The notes beneath the pieces were generated by a model. The model saw nothing but the letters and a program-made list of their open reading frames with translations, made no database searches and had not been told where the DNA came from. The translations under genes and the position numbers were made by a program. Of a DNA stretch of 64,000 bases, positions 60,154 to 64,000 are shown piece by piece. Source of the stretch: an uncultured Gemmatimonadaceae bacterium (GTDB lineage Bacteria; Gemmatimonadota; Gemmatimonadetes; Gemmatimonadales; Gemmatimonadaceae). Location: the NCBI GenBank assembly GCA_963761305.1, contig CAVXGK010000001.1, positions 192,001 through 256,000 of the forward strand, written 5' to 3'. Numbering within the stretch: position 1 is the first letter of the stretch; each line of letters opens with the position of its first letter.

Positions 60154-61296
60154 TCAGTGGCTCTCGACCAGCTCCTTGCCCAGCGCCTTCGTCTTCGTCT
60201 GCAAGCCCGCGATCAGCGAGTCGTACGACTTCTGGAAACTGGCGATGCCGTCGGCCAACAGCTTGCTCGTCACGTCGTCGATCGAGATGCCGTGCTGCGC
60301 CAGCCCGTCGATCGTGTGCTGGGCGTCGTCCACGTCCTGATCCACCGTGCGCGCGACGTTGCCGTGGTCGCGGAACGCGTCCACCGTCTGCGGCGGCATC
60401 GTGTTGACGGTGTTCGGTCCGATGAGCTGCTCGACGTACATCACGTCGCGATATGCCGGATTCTTGGTGCTCGTGCTCGCCCACAGCGGGCGCTGCACCG
60501 TCGCACCCTTCGCCGACAGGGCCATCCATCGCGGCGACGCGATTTGTTCCTGATAGAGCTTGTACGCGAGCTTGGCGTTGGCGATCGCCGCCTTTCCCTT
60601 GAGCGCCTCGAGCGCGCCGGCGTCGCCGGGATTCGCCTTGGCCGCCGCATCGAGACGCTTGTCCGTCTCGGTGTCCACGCGGCTCACGAAGAAGCTGGCC
60701 ACCGAATGAATCTTCGTAATGTCCTTGCCCGCGGCGACGCGGTCCTCGAGACCGGCCATGTACGCATCGATCACTCGCGCGTACGCCTCGATCGCGAACA
60801 GCAGCGTGATATTGATGTTGATGCCGTTCGCCGTGAGCAGGCGGACGGCTTTGGCGCCGTCGACGGTGCCCGGCACCTTCACGAACGCGTTCGGCCGGTC
60901 CACGATCTTCCACAGGCGCGTCGCCTCGTCGATCGTCGCGCTGGCGTCGTTGGCCGCGCCGGGCGACACCTCGATCGACACGAAGCCGTCGGCGCCGTGC
61001 ATCGCGTCGTGCGTCGGCCGGAAGATGTCGCATGCGTCGCGAACGTCCGTCGTCGCGATGCGCTCGAACAACTCCGTCGCGGTGAATTCCCCGACCGAAA
61101 ACCGGATCTGATCGTCGTACGCCGACCCCTCGGCCAACGCCTTCTCGAAAATCGTCGGGTTGGACGTCATGCCGGTCACGGCATCGTCGCGAATGCGTCG
61201 CGCGAGCTCGCCGTTCTTCAGGATCGTCCGATCGATGAAGTCCAGCCAGATCGCGACGCCGGCGTCGTGCAGGTCCCTGAGTCGATTCTCACTCAC
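60154..61296 (-). CDS. tal: Transaldolase
   Basis: IWLD, GMTSNPTIF, VSIEVSP, VKVP, SFFVSRVD, RPLWASTSTKNP. Confidence 0.95.
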   Translation of the reverse strand: MSENRLRDLHDAGVAIWLDFIDRTILKNGELARRIRDDAVTGMTSNPTIFEKALAEGSAYDDQIRFSVGEFTATELFERIATTDVRDACDIFRPTHDAMHGADGFVSIEVSPGAANDASATIDEATRLWKIVDRPNAFVKVPGTVDGAKAVRLLTANGININITLLFAIEAYARVIDAYMAGLEDRVAAGKDITKIHSVASFFVSRVDTETDKRLDAAAKANPGDAGALEALKGKAAIANAKLAYKLYQEQIASPRWMALSAKGATVQRPLWASTSTKNPAYRDVMYVEQLIGPNTVNTMPPQTVDAFRDHGNVARTVDQDVDDAQHTIDGLAQHGISIDDVTSKLLADGIASFQKSYDSLIAGLQTKTKALGKELVESH

Positions 61297-61361
61297 CGAT
61301 CGCTCTCCGATTTGTCGCCGTCCACCTGTCCACCTGTCCACCTGTCTCAACCTAGCCGGAC

Positions 61362-62660
61362 CTACTTCGGCGCGTAGACGATCTTGTAGATGCGTCCGCC
61401 CTGGTCGTCGGCGACGAACAGTGAGCCGTCCGGACCCTGCGCCAAACCGGTCGGCCGGTGATTGCCCTGCGGCCGCTGACCACTGCGATTCGGCGCGAAT
61501 CCATCGGCGAACACCTCGAACGGACCGCCTACCTTCTCGCCGTTCAGCGGCTGGAAGACGACGTTGTACCCCTGTTGCTCTTCCGGCGCACGGTTCCACG
61601 ATCCGTGGAACGCGATGAACGCACCACTCTTGTACCTCGCCGGAAACATCGAGCCGGTGTAGAACATGAGCCCGTTCGGTGCCCAATGCGCCGGGAATAC
61701 CGCGACCGGCTCTTTCTTCTGCGCACACTCGGCGACCTTCTTGCCGTCGCCGCCGTATTCCGGCGCGAGCACGAGGTGATGCTCTTCGACGGCGTAGTAG
61801 CAGTACGGCCAGCCGAAATCCTCGCCCTGATTGACCTGGAGCAGCTCTTCCGCCGGATTCTCGGCGTTGTAGTGTACGCTTTGCGGCCACTCACCGGATC
61901 CTTCCGATTCGCCGCCGAGGCCGTCGCGGCCGTGCTGCGTCGTCCAGAGCTTGCCGTCCATCGGATTCATCGCGATACCGATCGCGTTGCGAACTCCTCG
62001 CCCGAAATGATTCTCGGCGCTCGGCCTTTGATGCAGCTTGCGCGCATCGAACTTCCAGATTCCGCCGCGGATCTCGACCTCGTCGCACGGGCGCTTCCCC
62101 GGTGATTCCTTCTTCCGGTCGGCGGTCTGACACGAGTTCGTGGCCGTGCCGAAGTTGACGTAGAGATTCCCCGCCTTGTCGATGGCGAACGTCTTGACCG
62201 GATGATTCCCGCCGCCGGGCAGACCCTCGGCGATCGTATCCGGCTTGCCCGCGGGCGCGAAGGTTCCGTTCGGGAACGGGAAGCGCAGAATCTCGGTGTT
62301 CGTCTCCGCGTACAGGTGCCCGTCGAACAGCGCGACCTCGGAAGATGTGAATCCGCTAGCGAAGTGGACCTGCCGATCCGCCTTGCCGTCGCCGTTCTCG
62401 TCCCGAAGGATCCACACGCCGCCGGGACCCGCGCCGCCCGCGCCGCCGCGCTGCTGCGTGGAGACGATCACATCGCCATTCGGCGCGACGACCATGTGCC
62501 GCGCACCACGCAGCGTGTCGGCGTAAACCATGGCGCAGAAGCCCGGCGGAAGCTTGAGGCCGACGTTGTCGGAGTCGCACTTCTCCGTGCCGCGCTGCGC
62601 GGGAAGGAGACCCGGGACGATCAGAACCGTGAGCGCTGCCAATAGGGAATTGCGTCGCAT
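61362..62660 (-). CDS. PQQ-dependent sugar/sorbosone dehydrogenase family protein
   Basis: Signal peptide; LKLPPGF, GVRNAIG, FGWPYCY, AFHGSWNR, RPTGLAQGPDGSL. Confidence 0.88.
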   Translation of the reverse strand: MRRNSLLAALTVLIVPGLLPAQRGTEKCDSDNVGLKLPPGFCAMVYADTLRGARHMVVAPNGDVIVSTQQRGGAGGAGPGGVWILRDENGDGKADRQVHFASGFTSSEVALFDGHLYAETNTEILRFPFPNGTFAPAGKPDTIAEGLPGGGNHPVKTFAIDKAGNLYVNFGTATNSCQTADRKKESPGKRPCDEVEIRGGIWKFDARKLHQRPSAENHFGRGVRNAIGIAMNPMDGKLWTTQHGRDGLGGESEGSGEWPQSVHYNAENPAEELLQVNQGEDFGWPYCYYAVEEHHLVLAPEYGGDGKKVAECAQKKEPVAVFPAHWAPNGLMFYTGSMFPARYKSGAFIAFHGSWNRAPEEQQGYNVVFQPLNGEKVGGPFEVFADGFAPNRSGQRPQGNHRPTGLAQGPDGSLFVADDQGGRIYKIVYAPK

Positions 62661-62779
62661 GTGGCTCAGTGGATTGTGGACGAGGCGTGGTGGCGGGCCG
62701 GACCGGCCCGCGAGGGTGAAGTTTAACGTCGAAAAGAATCGGCGCGACTGTGCCCTTCCGCCACGGTGAGCGCTCGGCG

Positions 62780-63853
62780 TCAACGCGTGGCGAGGGTCCG
62801 CGAGAAGAACGGCAGAACCCTGGTGATCAGTCGTTCGCCGATACGGCTCGTGTGCGTGCCGTCGTACGTCTCGAAGGTGTGCGTCACCCCGGCGCGCGTG
62901 AACGCCGTGTCCAGCCTCGCGAGTTGCGCCGGCGAGACGAGCTCGTCGCGCGTGCCGACGTCGAACGCGAATCCGGCGAGTCGCTTGAGGTGGTCCGCGT
63001 GACTGGGCAGCATGTCGTACGGCGAGTGCTCGGCCCACTTCGCGTCGACGGCGGCCACCTTCTGCCACTGCCCCTCGCGCATCTCGAACGGGAAATCGAC
63101 GAACAGCGGCGGGCGGTTGGGATTCGGCGCGAACGCGGCCGATAGCGCCAGCTCGACGGCCGGCAGAAACGGGATCCGCCGCGCCGAATCGAGCGACGTC
63201 AGAGCGGCGAGCTGGCCCCACATCGCCGTCGCGCTGGGCGTGGGAGAAAGCTGGTACTGCGTGCAGCAGCCGCTCAACGCGTAGGCCGCGCCATACACGT
63301 CGCCCCCGTGGAGCATCGCGAGATAGAACGTTCCGAAACCGCCCATCGAATGTCCGGCGAGACCGCGGCTGCGCGGCGTCGCCAGCGTGCGGTATTTCCC
63401 GTCGATGTACGACACGAGCTCAAGCGAAATGAAGTCGTCCCAATTGCCGGTCGACTCGGAGTTCGTGTAGAAGCTGCCGAGCAGACGGTTCCGAGCGTTC
63501 GGCATGACGATGATCATCTCGTTCGCCGAGCTGGCGGCGACGAGCGAATCCATCACGCGTCCGATGTCGAATCCGCTGTAGCCGCCCGTCCACGAGGCTT
63601 CCGTCGCGCCGAATCCGTGAAGTAAATAGACGACGGGATACCGCTTGGCCGCGTTCGACTCGTAGCTCGGCGGCAGATAGACGAGCACCGCCCGATTCGG
63701 GGAGTCGCCGTATTTGTTGTGCTCGAGCGCCACGGAGTGAACCGTGTCGTGCACGAGACGGCCGGCCGGTGCGCTTTGCGCGTTGAGCGCCGCCGCGAAC
63801 GAAAGCGCCGCGAATTGCGCGAACCACACCTGCGAGCGGAGTCGAGTCCTCAT
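62780..63853 (-). CDS. Secreted esterase (alpha/beta hydrolase)
   Basis: VYLPPSY, YPVVYLLHG, GHSMGG. Confidence 0.9.
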   Translation of the reverse strand: MRTRLRSQVWFAQFAALSFAAALNAQSAPAGRLVHDTVHSVALEHNKYGDSPNRAVLVYLPPSYESNAAKRYPVVYLLHGFGATEASWTGGYSGFDIGRVMDSLVAASSANEMIIVMPNARNRLLGSFYTNSESTGNWDDFISLELVSYIDGKYRTLATPRSRGLAGHSMGGFGTFYLAMLHGGDVYGAAYALSGCCTQYQLSPTPSATAMWGQLAALTSLDSARRIPFLPAVELALSAAFAPNPNRPPLFVDFPFEMREGQWQKVAAVDAKWAEHSPYDMLPSHADHLKRLAGFAFDVGTRDELVSPAQLARLDTAFTRAGVTHTFETYDGTHTSRIGERLITRVLPFFSRTLATR

Positions 63854-64000
63854 CGCCCTGTCGTGTAGGTTGTTTCGTCGAGCGATGACTTACGGCGCGA
63901 CGGTCTTTACCGCAACCGCCCGACCCGACGCATTCGCCCGAATGGCCACTGTTGGCGGGAGGGCAATGTGGTACAACGATGCCGCAGATGCGCACGGATG

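Overview
High-GC bacterial chromosome window. Gene content and order suggest Gemmatimonadota (inference, no search run). Most of it is housekeeping or conserved: ffs-dnaX-ybaB-recR-mglB-mglA-pgsA-cinA; grpE-dnaJ; tolC/macAB-like exporter-bshB1-kynA-iscS-mnmA; tal-pyk-MBL-pgi-fba followed by a sensorless His-kinase-like protein and a sigma54 regulator. The left ~9.4 kb is accessory. A ~6.06 kb island is bounded by a 12-bp direct repeat (GCACGGACAGGG at 2305 and 8365) lying in the (N/K)PCPC codons of comM/yifB. It appears to have displaced the native comM 3' end (left as a fragment at 1924-2316) while supplying a divergent replacement 3' end that keeps comM intact. Its cargo is a self-regulated manganese-uptake module (MnoP-like two-barrel porin, MntH, USP, MntR with operator boxes) plus a double-XRE gene starting at the junction. 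No integrase is present. Other oddities: a G12 run at the tau/gamma junction of dnaX, a G9 run fusing a peptidase to a hydrolase, a pseudokinase-kinase tandem protein, a 21-bp-period array, and a family of octamer tandem repeats at gene junctions.
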